Assembly (NCBI GenBank): GCA_035264305.1
Contig: DATFQL010000307.1
Coordinates: forward strand, 1 to 39,476
Direction: 5' to 3'
DNA: 39,476 bases
Source of the DNA: Candidatus Limnocylindrales bacterium
GTDB lineage: Bacteria; Chloroflexota; Limnocylindria; Limnocylindrales; CSP1-4
Made by a program: the position numbers and the translations under genes. Position 1 is the first letter of the stretch, and every line of letters begins with the position of its first letter. The notes under the pieces were generated by a model. The model did not search any database, had not been told where the DNA came from, and saw only the letters and a list, made by a program, of their open reading frames with translations. Of the stretch, positions 26,710-35,014 are shown in pieces.

Positions 26710-28187
26710 CCGAACTGTCCCTCGCGTCGGCGCCCACCAGGATCGTCTTCGGGACCGACGGCTGGCGCGCGCGGGTGGCGGAGGACTACACGTTCGAGAA
26801 CGTCCGCCGGTGCGCCGACGGCGTGGCGACGTGCATCACGGACCGCGGGGAACAGGCGAAGGGCGTGGTCCTCGCGTACGACCGCCGGTTCGCGTCCGAG
26901 CACTTCGCGCGCGCCGCGGCCGAGGTCCTCCTCGCCCGGGACATCCCCGTCGCCATCAGCCGGACGGCCGTCCCGACCCAGATGAGCTCGTACGAGGTCG
27001 TCCAGCGGGGCGCCGCGGCGGGCGTCGTGATCACCGCCTCGCACAACCCGTGGACCGACAACGGGTTCAAGGTCAAGTCGCCGACGGGCGCGGCAGCCGG
27101 GGCCGACATGCTGCCGCAGATCGAGGCCGTGATCGCGGGCCACGCCGGCCAGGCGATCGAGCGGCGGCCGTTCGATGACGCCGAGGCCGCGGGCCTCGTC
27201 GAGTGGTACGACCCGTTCGAGGGCTACGAGCGGTTCGTGCGCCGGACGATCGACGTCGACCGGATCAAGGCGGCCGACGTCTCGGTGCTCGTCGAGCCCC
27301 TGTACGGGGCCGGTTCCACGTGGATCCCCCGGCTGCTCGCCGGCGGGCGCATCCGGGTGACCGAGATCCACAACGAGCGGAACCCGTTCTTCGGCGGGGT
27401 CAACCCCGAGCCGATCCGGCCCCACGTCGACGAGGCGCTCGCGACGATCGCGGCGGGCGGCTTCGACCTCGGGCTCCTGCTCGATGGGGATGCGGATCGC
27501 GCGGGCGCGGCCGACGAGCGCGGGACGTTCCTCCACCAGCTCCAGGTGACCGGCCTGCTGGTCTACTACCTCGCCGAGCATCGGGGCCTGCGCGCCCCGG
27601 TCGTCGTGTCGGTGAACAACACGTCGACGGCCCAGACCCTCGGGCGACACTACGGCGTCGATGTGCACGAGGTGCCGGTCGGCTTCAAGTTCATCGGCCC
27701 GAAGATGATCGAGACAGGCGCGATGCTCGGCGGCGAGGAGTCCGGCGGGTTCGGGTTCGGCATGCACCTCCCGGAGCGTGACGGGATCTACGCGGACCTC
27801 ATGCTGCTCGACCTGTTCCTGCTCGAGCGCGAGCGGGGCAACTGGCCCGTGTCGAAGGCCGTCGCGGCGTTCCACGAGCTCGCCGGGCCGTCGTTCTACC
27901 GGCGCATCGACGTCCACGTCGATCCGGCGTCCTACGACGGCGTCAAGGCACGGCTGCTCGTCGACCTCGCGGCGACCCCGCCCGGCTCTCTTGCCGGCCA
28001 GCCGGTGGTTCGGACGCAGGTGCTGTCCACGAACGACGGCTTCAAGTGGTTCCTGGCAGACGGCTCCTGGCTCCTCGTCCGGACCAGCGGCACGGAGCCG
28101 CTCGTGCGCGTCTACACCGAGGCGACGTCAGCCGAGCTGCGGGACGAGCTCGTCGTGACCGGAGAGGGGCTGGTGCGGGGACAGTGA
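26706..28187 (+). CDS. alpha-D-phosphohexomutase (phosphomannomutase/phosphoglucomutase)
   Basis: Active-site TASHNPWTDNGFK, Mg loop LDGDADRAG, sugar loop GGEESGG, and phosphate loop RTSGTEPLVRVY. The GTG overlaps the manC stop (GTGA, 26706-26709). Confidence 0.9.
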   Translation: MTELSLASAPTRIVFGTDGWRARVAEDYTFENVRRCADGVATCITDRGEQAKGVVLAYDRRFASEHFARAAAEVLLARDIPVAISRTAVPTQMSSYEVVQRGAAAGVVITASHNPWTDNGFKVKSPTGAAAGADMLPQIEAVIAGHAGQAIERRPFDDAEAAGLVEWYDPFEGYERFVRRTIDVDRIKAADVSVLVEPLYGAGSTWIPRLLAGGRIRVTEIHNERNPFFGGVNPEPIRPHVDEALATIAAGGFDLGLLLDGDADRAGAADERGTFLHQLQVTGLLVYYLAEHRGLRAPVVVSVNNTSTAQTLGRHYGVDVHEVPVGFKFIGPKMIETGAMLGGEESGGFGFGMHLPERDGIYADLMLLDLFLLERERGNWPVSKAVAAFHELAGPSFYRRIDVHVDPASYDGVKARLLVDLAATPPGSLAGQPVVRTQVLSTNDGFKWFLADGSWLLVRTSGTEPLVRVYTEATSAELRDELVVTGEGLVRGQ

Positions 28188-28564
28188 GCGACCTCCTTGG
28201 CGGCGCGCAGCGCCACGTCCCGAAGCCGTGGGGGAGCGAGCAGATCTGGGCGCTGACCGAGCGGTACTGCGGGAAGATCATCCGGATCGACGAGGGTCGC
28301 CGGCTGTCGCTCCAGCGACACGCGCGCAAGGAGGAGACGATGATCGTGCTGTCCGGCACGCTGCGGCTCCACCTCGAAGATGCCGACGGGACGGTGCGAA
28401 CGCACGATCTCGGGCCGGGCGAATCGGCGCACGTCGACGTGCCGCGGATCCACCGCTTCGAAGCGGTCACCGACGTCGAGCTGGTCGAGATCTCGACCCC
28501 CGAGATCGATGACGTGGAACGCCTCGAGGACGACTTCGGACGCGAGGGAACGAGCGCGCCCTGA
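28184..28564 (+). CDS. cupin-domain protein (type II mannose-6-phosphate isomerase C-terminal-like)
   Basis: PKPWGSEQIWALTERYCGKIIRIDEGRRLSLQRHARKEETMIVLSG matches the PWG..E...Y..K.I.V..G..LSLQ.H..R.E pattern of PMI-type cupins. GTGA overlap with the upstream stop. Confidence 0.8.
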   Translation: MSDLLGGAQRHVPKPWGSEQIWALTERYCGKIIRIDEGRRLSLQRHARKEETMIVLSGTLRLHLEDADGTVRTHDLGPGESAHVDVPRIHRFEAVTDVELVEISTPEIDDVERLEDDFGREGTSAP

Positions 28565-28565
28565 T

Positions 28566-28589
28566 CCCCGGATGCGGCGTTTTCCGGGG
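28566..28589 (+). terminator. possible terminator hairpin after the GDP-mannose operon
   Basis: CCCCGGA-(10 nt loop)-TCCGGGG is a 7-bp stem starting 2 nt after the cupin stop. No clear U-tract follows, so this is weak. Confidence 0.3.
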
Positions 28590-28590
28590 G

Positions 28591-28619
28591 CTGACCTTCA
28601 CGTCCCGGAGGTGTAGGCT
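28591..28619 (+). promoter_or_regulatory. candidate promoter CTGACC-N17-TAGGCT for the SWIM gene
   Basis: The -35-like CTGACC is at 28591-28596 and the TANNNT -10 TAGGCT at 28614-28619. The same GGTGTAGGCT decamer recurs at 31805-31814, upstream of the cobalamin riboswitch. Confidence 0.3.
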
Positions 28620-28712
28620 AGCCGTGCGACCGCCATCACCGGTCCAGTGGGTCCGACCGGACGGCGGCCCTCACGGACGCCCGTCGACGGGGCGACTGGA
28701 GGTTGATCGGCG

Positions 28713-28991
28713 ATGCACTCCTCTCTCATCGGCAAGGTCGAGAAGGCGAATCGCTACGCACGCGAGCTTGATCGGATCTCGATCGAGCGCGTCGCCCTGA
28801 CGTTCCGCGGTGACAACGACACCCATCACGTCAGCCTCGATGCCGGCCAGTGGCATTGCACGTGCCACTACTTCGAGAGTTGGGGTTCCTGTGTCCATCT
28901 CCTCGCGCTGCAGAAGATCTTCGGCGTGATGCTGCCCGAGGATGCGCAGGTCTCGATCTTCAACGCGAGCGCGGCGGGCGCCCTCGCGTGA
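28713..28991 (+). CDS. small SWIM zinc-finger protein (92 aa)
   Basis: GGAGG lies 8-9 nt upstream of the ATG. WHCTCHYFESWGSCVHLLAL fits the SWIM signature C-x-C-x(8)-C-x-H. The gene is visibly less GC-rich than its neighbours. Confidence 0.7.
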   Translation: MHSSLIGKVEKANRYARELDRISIERVALTFRGDNDTHHVSLDAGQWHCTCHYFESWGSCVHLLALQKIFGVMLPEDAQVSIFNASAAGALA

Positions 28992-29029
28992 CGCGGCCGG
29001 CCAGCGGCCGGCCACCCCGAAGCGCACGT

Positions 29030-29053
29030 CCGGCGCCGCGTGAGCGGCGCCGG
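29030..29053. terminator. perfect 10-bp GC hairpin between convergent genes (candidate bidirectional terminator)
   Basis: CCGGCGCCGC-GTGA-GCGGCGCCGG lies between the SWIM stop (28991) and the lipoprotein stop (29075). Confidence 0.5.
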
Positions 29054-29074
29054 TTGCGTGCCCCGGGATGTCCT

Positions 29075-29617
29075 TCACGGGATCTCGATCCGCCAGTACC
29101 ACACGGCGTTCCTTCCCGCGCCGAAGGCCGCCTCGAGCTGGAGACTCCACGATCCCGCAGCCGTCGGTGCCGCGAACAGCACGCGACCCGTGCCCTCCGC
29201 AGCGCTTGCGACATCCCCCGCTGCGTCCGCACTGATCGGCGCCCACCGGGCAACCCAGGTCGTCGCCGCGACCGCCGGCTCGAACGACACCGACACTTCC
29301 GCCCCGACGTGCGCCCGGCCGCCGGACGACGGGAGGATCCACGGGGCATCCGACCCCTCGTCGAGCCAGGTGTACGAGCCGAGCGCTCCGGGGAGCGACG
29401 CGCCGGCGGGATCGGCCAGCCCCGCGAGCCCGGCCGCGGGCGGCGCCGCGAGCGTGTCGATCGGGATCGATGCATGCAGGGCTTCCGACGGCGACGCCGG
29501 AGTTGCCGGCGGCCCGCCGGCGTCGCACCCGACGACGAGGGCCGCCACGACGAGCACGGCGAGAGCCGCGACGAGGCGGGTGGGGGATCGGATGGACGGT
29601 GCGTCCCGGTGGGTCAC
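29075..29617 (-). CDS. hypothetical lipoprotein
   Basis: (V)THRDAPSIRSPTRLVAALAVLVVAALVVGCDAGG is a signal peptide with a lipobox Cys. The GTG at 29617 overlaps the upstream stop (GTGA); an alternative start is at 29644. I recognise no family. Confidence 0.65.
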   Translation of the reverse strand: MTHRDAPSIRSPTRLVAALAVLVVAALVVGCDAGGPPATPASPSEALHASIPIDTLAAPPAAGLAGLADPAGASLPGALGSYTWLDEGSDAPWILPSSGGRAHVGAEVSVSFEPAVAATTWVARWAPISADAAGDVASAAEGTGRVLFAAPTAAGSWSLQLEAAFGAGRNAVWYWRIEIP

Positions 29618-30627
29618 CTGACGGACACGGACGACTGCGGACACGTCCCGGTACAGGTGGACGACACGAACACGGTGATCGCCGGCGACCCGTCAGTCTC
29701 AGCGCCCTCGTTGCTCGGGCCGCGGAACAGGCTGCGGTAGTCGTGCGTGGCCCGAGCCGTGAGGCTTCCGCGGTACTGGCCCGCGGTCGACGTCCCGGCG
29801 AGGGTCAGCACGTCGGTCCAGCCCGTCGACGTGCGCTGCTGGAGGACGACCGTGCGTCCGGACATCGGGTTGTTTGACAGCCGCCCGTCGCCGGCACTCG
29901 TCAGGGTCGCGGTGAACGTCACCATCGATCCCGAGCTGACCGACGAGTCGGAGACCGCGAGCGTCACCACCGTGGGGACGTCGAAGCACGTGCTGTGCAG
30001 CGTGCTGTAGGTGAGGATGTCGTACGCCTGCTGGAGCGCCGCCACATCGCACCGGCCGAAGACATGCGCGTTGTACGCGGCCCGCGGCTTGGTCCGGGAG
30101 AACGTCTGCACGACCGCGTCGCGGTAGTCGCTGGCGTCGCTGAAGTTGGCGTGATGGGCGAGGACGAGGACATGCCCGAACTCGTCGAGCGCGATGTTCT
30201 CGGCGTCGTAACACCCGTCGGGCGCGCCGCTCAGCTCGCACCAACGCAACGTGCCCCAGTCGAACCGGGTGCCGTTCGGCCGGAACCACAGGCCGAACCA
30301 GTCGGGGGTGTCGCGCCGGAAGCAGGCGAGGCCGTTCGTGCCGCACGGAACGTCGGCACCGTAGTAGACGACGTTCGAGGCGCCGCCGTCGTAGTCGAAC
30401 GAGGGTGACTTCGACTTCCGGCTGGCGTTCGAATCGTCACGAGCCGCGTGGATCGCGAGCTTCATGTCGAGCGGCGGTGTGCCGGACGACGTCCACCGGT
30501 ACTGGAGCACCTTGTTCTGCGCGAACAGGCCACCGGTCAGGATCGGGTCCGGACCGTGCGCCAGGGTTGGCGCGGACGCGGTGCCGAGCACGAGGACCGC
30601 GAGCAGGATCGCGAGCAGGCGCTTCAT
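29614..30627 (-). CDS. secreted Cys-rich protein with a variant metzincin-like motif and a C-terminal Ig-like domain
   Basis: MKRLLAILLAVLVLGTASAPTLA|HGPD is a Sec signal. DEFGHVLVLAHH (30151-30186) resembles the zinc site HEFGHxLGLxH. There are about 12 Cys in pairs. The C-terminal ~110 aa are beta-rich, S/T-rich and Big-like. The ATG overlaps the upstream stop (ATGA). Confidence 0.7.
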   Translation of the reverse strand: MKRLLAILLAVLVLGTASAPTLAHGPDPILTGGLFAQNKVLQYRWTSSGTPPLDMKLAIHAARDDSNASRKSKSPSFDYDGGASNVVYYGADVPCGTNGLACFRRDTPDWFGLWFRPNGTRFDWGTLRWCELSGAPDGCYDAENIALDEFGHVLVLAHHANFSDASDYRDAVVQTFSRTKPRAAYNAHVFGRCDVAALQQAYDILTYSTLHSTCFDVPTVVTLAVSDSSVSSGSMVTFTATLTSAGDGRLSNNPMSGRTVVLQQRTSTGWTDVLTLAGTSTAGQYRGSLTARATHDYRSLFRGPSNEGAETDGSPAITVFVSSTCTGTCPQSSVSVR

Positions 30628-31700
30628 CGGACGAGCTCCGTCGGACGGGTGGGGGTGACGGCGTCGGCAGGCAGCACGCGGACGCTGCGGCCGTCGAGGC
30701 GGGAGCCGAGGACGAGCAGTGCCGCGTCGTCTGCACGAGAGGCGCCTGCGCGGGCGTGCGACCCGGTCGCCACCGGTGTGAGGCCGTCTGCCTCGTCCAG
30801 CCGCGACAGCGAGCCGGTGAGGGCGTCGATGACGGCGAGCCGACCGGGGCCGGCCTCGAACACGACCCGGTCGCCGGCCATCGTGGCGAGCCCGGCACGT
30901 TCGACCAGCACGACCGCATCGCGACCGGGCTCGCGCCGGACGATTGCGCACGGGAAGCCGCCACACCCGGCGTTCGCGATCAGGGCGCCGTCCGACGTGA
31001 CGCCGAGCACGGGGCCGGTTGGCCCGAACGCGGTGGCGCGGCCCGAGGCGACCGCGACAAGACGCGTCCGACAGCGGCTCTCGCCGCACGCGGTCACCGC
31101 GAGGCGCCCGTCCGGTGCCCAGCGGAGCTCGGTGCTGAATGTCGGCCCATAGCGCGCATCCGGTGCGATCCCCGCCACGATCCGCGTCGCCGGCCCACCA
31201 GCCGCGGGCACCCGCCAGATCCCGAGATCAGCCCGGCTCGTGCGGTCGACCCGGTGCTCGACCACGGCTGCGGCGTCCGGCGTCACGAGCGCCGACCGTA
31301 CGACGGCGGCCTCGTCCGCCACGACCGTGCGGCAGCCGCGGCCCACGTTGAGCAGCTCGAGCCGGGATCGCGACCCATCATCGGCGCCCACGAGCACCCG
31401 GCCCTCGACCGGTCCCGTCGCGAAGCTCTCGGGCGGCAGCGGGATCGCGCGCCCGGGCTCCCCGAGGGCGCCGACCGTGAGCCGGTGTCCCGAGAGCGTC
31501 CCGGTCTCGTCGACGACGCCATCGAGCCGGTACCAGGCCGGCACGACGATCGCGGGCGCTCCGGTCGCAGCGGGACAGGACGGGGGATCCCATGGCGGAT
31601 CGGCCGCCTCGAGCAGCGACGGCCGTGCCAGGGCGGCCGCGCCGATGAGCGCCAGGGTCGCGACCGGGACGGCGCCACGAATCCATCGCACGGACTCCAC
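30624..31700 (-). CDS. secreted hypothetical protein, beta-propeller-like (TolB/WD40-like repeats)
   Basis: GTG start with GGAGGA upstream. The N-terminal WIRGAVPVATLALIGAAALARPSLLEA is a signal peptide. Short beta-strand/turn units recur (DG.L.V, G.R.V), and Cys pairs are present. No motif-level family match. Confidence 0.6.
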   Translation of the reverse strand: MESVRWIRGAVPVATLALIGAAALARPSLLEAADPPWDPPSCPAATGAPAIVVPAWYRLDGVVDETGTLSGHRLTVGALGEPGRAIPLPPESFATGPVEGRVLVGADDGSRSRLELLNVGRGCRTVVADEAAVVRSALVTPDAAAVVEHRVDRTSRADLGIWRVPAAGGPATRIVAGIAPDARYGPTFSTELRWAPDGRLAVTACGESRCRTRLVAVASGRATAFGPTGPVLGVTSDGALIANAGCGGFPCAIVRREPGRDAVVLVERAGLATMAGDRVVFEAGPGRLAVIDALTGSLSRLDEADGLTPVATGSHARAGASRADDAALLVLGSRLDGRSVRVLPADAVTPTRPTELVR

Positions 31701-31799
31701 GAGCTTCCTCCGCAGGCGGGGAACGACTGGCGGGAGGAGGGCGAGACAGCCATGGTGGCAGCGGCCACTTATCGCCCGGTTATCTGCGGTGATGGATGG

Positions 31800-31970
31800 G
31801 CGGTGGTGTAGGCTGCGTCGATCAACGGGACCCAGGTCCCCACAGAGTCCGACGCGGTACGGTCGCGAAGCCGGTGCGATTCCGGCACAGTCCCGCTACG
31901 GTGACCGCCCCTTTCCGGGGCGGAAGTCCGGTCGCCGACCTTGCCGTCTCCCGCTCGAACCTTCGAGAGA
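31800..31970 (+). promoter_or_regulatory. cobalamin (AdoCbl-type) riboswitch aptamer
   Basis: The core GAAGCCGGUGCGAUUCCGGCACAGUCCCGCUACGGUGA (31867-31904) matches the conserved GGUG-nAAUCC...CCCGCcACUGU region. A CCGCCCC/GGGGCGG hairpin follows, then a B12-box-like GGAAGUCCGG...GACCUUGCCG (31922-31946). A candidate -10 TAGGCT lies at 31809-31814. The boundaries are approximate. Confidence 0.85.
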
Positions 31971-32003
31971 AAGGTCAGGCGTCCCGTGCAGTCCACCGCC
32001 TGA

Positions 32004-32045
32004 CCCCTGCTTCACCCCGAAGCCAGGGGTCGTTCGTTTTCTTCA
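32004..32045 (+). terminator. intrinsic terminator (riboswitch expression platform)
   Basis: CCCCUGCUUC-ACCCC-GAAGCCAGGGG forms 10 bp with one bulge and is followed by UCGUUCGUUUUCUUC. It lies 23 nt before the btuF GTG. An upstream 9-bp hairpin, GGUCAGGCG...CGCCUGACC (31973-32005), overlaps its 5' arm by 2 nt. Confidence 0.7.
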
Positions 32046-32067
32046 ACCGTTCGAACCCGGAGATCCC

Positions 32068-33150
32068 GTGGACGCACGCCGTTCTGCCGCGATCCCTCGC
32101 GGCCGCACCCTTCCGTCGATCCTCCTGCTGGTCCTCGTCGCCGTGCTCGCCGCGTGCGGCTCCGGCGCGGCGAGCCCGAGCGCCGCGGTCACCGCGTCGG
32201 TGACGGCCAGCCCCACGACCAACGTCATCGAGAGCCCCTCGCCCGTCGCCGCGTTCCCCGTCACCCTCACGGACGACGAGGGCACGAACGTCACAATCCC
32301 GGCCGAGCCGGACCAGATCGTGACCCTGACCAACGCCGCGACCGAGACCGTGTTCGCCCTCGGCCTCGGCGACCGCGTCGTCGGCAAGGTGGAGGATTTC
32401 AGCGTCTACCCGCCGGCCGCAGCCGACGTCCCGGATGTCGCCAAGTTCGGCAGCGTCGACGTCGAGCAGATCGTTGCCGCCGGCACGGACCTCGTCATCG
32501 CCGGCGGCTCCAACTTCAACCCTCCCGAGTCGATCGCGAGGCTCCGCCAGCTGGGCATCCCGACCGTCGTGATCTTCGCCGAGGACATGCCGGGCGCGCT
32601 CGCGGACATCGCGCTCATGGGCACGGCCGTCGGCAGGCCGGAACAGGCAGCCGCGATCCAGGGCGACATCCAGGAGGCGATCGACGAGGTCGGCGCGGCG
32701 ACCGCCGGTCTCGACAAGCCCCGTGTGTTCTACGAGCTCGACGCCACGAACGGGTTCTTCGGCCCGGCACCTGACTACTTCGGGACGGAGATGATCACGA
32801 TCGCCGGCGGTGATCCGCTGACGAGCGGCACCGACGGGGTGTACCAGATCGAGCCCGAGAAGATTCTCGAGTTCGATCCGCAGGTCATCCTCCTCGGCGA
32901 CGCGGCCTACGGCGTGACGCCCGAGCAGGTTGCCGCGCGGCCCGGGTGGGACGTGCTCACCGCGGTCAAGGATGGCGCGATCCGGCCGATCGACGACGTC
33001 ATCGTCACGCGGCCCGGGCCGCGGCTCGGTGAGGGGCTGCGGGCGCTCGCGCTCGCGATCCACCCCGATCTCGTGCTGCCGGGCGCCTCTGCCTCCCCGG
33101 CCGCGTCGGCCCCGCCCGCGCCCTCCGCGGCGGCCTCGGCGGCCCCGTAA
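32068..33150 (+). CDS. btuF: ABC transporter substrate-binding lipoprotein, BtuF/FhuD (Peripla_BP_2) family, probably cobalamin
   Basis: LLLVLVAVLAACGSG provides a lipobox. IVTLTNAATETVFALGLGDRVVG, DVEQIVAAGTDLVIA and FDPQVILL are typical class III binding-protein motifs. The gene sits directly behind a cobalamin riboswitch. Confidence 0.8.
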   Translation: MDARRSAAIPRGRTLPSILLLVLVAVLAACGSGAASPSAAVTASVTASPTTNVIESPSPVAAFPVTLTDDEGTNVTIPAEPDQIVTLTNAATETVFALGLGDRVVGKVEDFSVYPPAAADVPDVAKFGSVDVEQIVAAGTDLVIAGGSNFNPPESIARLRQLGIPTVVIFAEDMPGALADIALMGTAVGRPEQAAAIQGDIQEAIDEVGAATAGLDKPRVFYELDATNGFFGPAPDYFGTEMITIAGGDPLTSGTDGVYQIEPEKILEFDPQVILLGDAAYGVTPEQVAARPGWDVLTAVKDGAIRPIDDVIVTRPGPRLGEGLRALALAIHPDLVLPGASASPAASAPPAPSAAASAAP

Positions 33151-33158
33151 CAGCCGGT

Positions 33159-34244
33159 ATGGCGACCACGCCCCATCCCGCGCGCGCCCCGGGCCGGCTC
33201 GCCGTCCGGCTGCGGGTCGGGCGGCTGGGGCGCGCCGGGTCGCTGGCCCTCGCCGGGGTCGTCACGCTGCTCGTCGTGCTCGTCGGGGGGATCGTCCTCG
33301 GCACGGTCGACCTCGCCCCGGCGACGACCGTCGCGATCCTCGCCAAGCGGCTTGCCGGACTGGATCTCGGCATCGCCTGGGCCCCGACGGCCGAGGCGAT
33401 CGTCATGGATCTCCGGCTGCCCCGCGTCCTGACGGCGATGGTCGTCGGCACCGGCCTCGCCGTCGCCGGCTGCACGTTCCAGGGCCTCCTGCGCAACCCG
33501 CTCGCGGACCCGTACGTGCTCGGGACCGCCTCGGGGGCCGCGCTCGGGGCCGCGGTCGCCGTGCTGATCCCGGTCCGCACCGTGTTCCTCGAGTTCGGGC
33601 TGCTCCACACGCTCGCGTTCATCGGCGCGCTCGTGTCGGTGACCGTCGTCTACCGCCTGTCGCGGACCGGCCCGCTGTCGCCGATGACGTCGCTCCTGCT
33701 CACCGGGTACGCCGTCGGGAGCCTCCTCGCCGCCGGTCTGGCGATGGCGATGTACCTGTCCGGGACGGGGCTGCGCCAGATCTTCAGCTACCTGCTGGGC
33801 GGCTTCGACGGCGCCTCGTGGCTCCGGCTGGCGGTCGCGGCGCCGCTCATCCTCGGCGGCACGATCGCGATCCTCATGCGGGCGCGGTCGCTCAACGGCT
33901 TCCTCCTCGGCGAGGAGGCGGCCGCGCATCTCGGCGTGGACGTCCGACGGGAGCGAGCGATCCTTCTCGCCCTCGCCTCGCTCGTCACCGCGGCGGGCGT
34001 GGCTGTCGCGGGCCTCATCGGCTTCGTGGGACTCGTGATCCCGCACCTCGTCCGGCTGCTGGTCGGCCCCAACGCCCGGCTCGTGCTGCCGCTGTCAGCG
34101 TTGTTCGGGGCCAGCCTGCTCGCCGCCGCGGACGTGGCCGCGCGGATGCTGGGCGGCGTGCCGGTGGGCGTCGTGACGGCCGTCATCGGTGCGCCGTTCT
34201 TCCTCCTGCTCCTCCGTCACGCACGCTCCGGGTACGAGCTGTGA
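33159..34244 (+). CDS. btuC: FecCD-family ABC permease (BtuC-like)
   Basis: 361 aa with about 9-10 TM segments. LRLPRVLTAMVVGTGLAVAG, NPLADPYVLG and VPVGVVTAVIGAPFFLLLL are FecCD signatures. Confidence 0.85.
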   Translation: MATTPHPARAPGRLAVRLRVGRLGRAGSLALAGVVTLLVVLVGGIVLGTVDLAPATTVAILAKRLAGLDLGIAWAPTAEAIVMDLRLPRVLTAMVVGTGLAVAGCTFQGLLRNPLADPYVLGTASGAALGAAVAVLIPVRTVFLEFGLLHTLAFIGALVSVTVVYRLSRTGPLSPMTSLLLTGYAVGSLLAAGLAMAMYLSGTGLRQIFSYLLGGFDGASWLRLAVAAPLILGGTIAILMRARSLNGFLLGEEAAAHLGVDVRRERAILLALASLVTAAGVAVAGLIGFVGLVIPHLVRLLVGPNARLVLPLSALFGASLLAAADVAARMLGGVPVGVVTAVIGAPFFLLLLRHARSGYEL

Positions 34245-35014
34245 GCGACCGGGTGCTCCAGGCAGACGCGGTCACCGTGGAGGTCCGCGGCCGCGCGATC
34301 CTGCGCGATGTGTCGCTCGCGCTGGCCGTCGGCGAGCGGGTGGCGCTCGTGGGCCCGAACGGCGCCGGCAAGTCGACCCTCCTGCGGGCGCTCGCGGGCA
34401 CGCTCAAGCCGACCGCCGGCCGGGTCCTGCTGGGCGGCGTGCCGATCGCGACGCTCGACCGGAGCGAGATCGCCCGACGCCTCGCGGTTGTCCCCCAGCA
34501 GACGGCCCTGCCGTTCGCGATGAAGGTCGAGGAGGTCGTGGCGCTCGGGCGGCTGCCGCACGAGGATCCCCTGCGGGGCACGCGGCCGGCGGACCGGGCG
34601 GCGACCGCCGCCGCGATCGAGCGGGTCGGCGTCGGGCACCTGCTCGGCCGCGATGCGCGCGAGCTGTCACTGGGAGAGCGGCAGCTCGTCCTCCTCGCGT
34701 TGTCCGTCGCCCAGGGGGCGCCCGTGATGCTGCTCGACGAGCCGACGGTCCATCTCGACCTGCGACACCAGGTCGAGGCGATGGAGCTCCTCGCCGACCT
34801 CAACGAGCGGGACGGCACGGCGCTCGTCGCCGTCCTCCACGACCTCGGCCTCGCGGCACACTTCTTCCCGCGGCTGGTCGTGATCGACCACGGCCGGATC
34901 GTCGCGGACGGCCCCCCGGCCACGGTGCTCACCGACGAGCTCATCCGCGAGGTGTTCAGCGTCGAGCCCGCGCTCGTCCGACTCGCCGCGACCGCCACGC
35001 GCGGGCGGGCATGA
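34241..35014 (+). CDS. btuD: ABC transporter ATP-binding protein (BtuD/FepC-like)
   Basis: Walker A GPNGAGKST, signature LSLGERQLVLLALSV, Walker B MLLDEPTVHLD and H-loop AVLHDL. GTGA overlap with the btuC stop. Confidence 0.85.
   Translation: MSDRVLQADAVTVEVRGRAILRDVSLALAVGERVALVGPNGAGKSTLLRALAGTLKPTAGRVLLGGVPIATLDRSEIARRLAVVPQQTALPFAMKVEEVVALGRLPHEDPLRGTRPADRAATAAAIERVGVGHLLGRDARELSLGERQLVLLALSVAQGAPVMLLDEPTVHLDLRHQVEAMELLADLNERDGTALVAVLHDLGLAAHFFPRLVVIDHGRIVADGPPATVLTDELIREVFSVEPALVRLAATATRGRA

Noticed and set aside
28607-28620. A shared decamer GGTGTAGGCT occurs at 28610-28619 and 31805-31814, in two intergenic regions, raising the idea of a common regulator site
   Set aside because: The shared part is most simply a TANNNT -10 hexamer (TAGGCT) with a G-rich upstream context. 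Two occurrences of 10 nt are too few to argue for a dedicated motif.
28671-29528. 285-aa minus-strand ORF, and the 28850-29740 plus-strand ORF, covering the SWIM gene and the lipoprotein gene
   Set aside because: The translations are Arg/Gly-rich without motifs. The competing frames have an RBS, a zinc-finger signature or a signal peptide with a lipobox.
32041-32067. tRNA T-loop-like string CCGTTCGAACCCGG
   Set aside because: The flanking bases do not form a T-arm, and no acceptor or anticodon arms can be built. The string sits between the riboswitch terminator and the btuF start.
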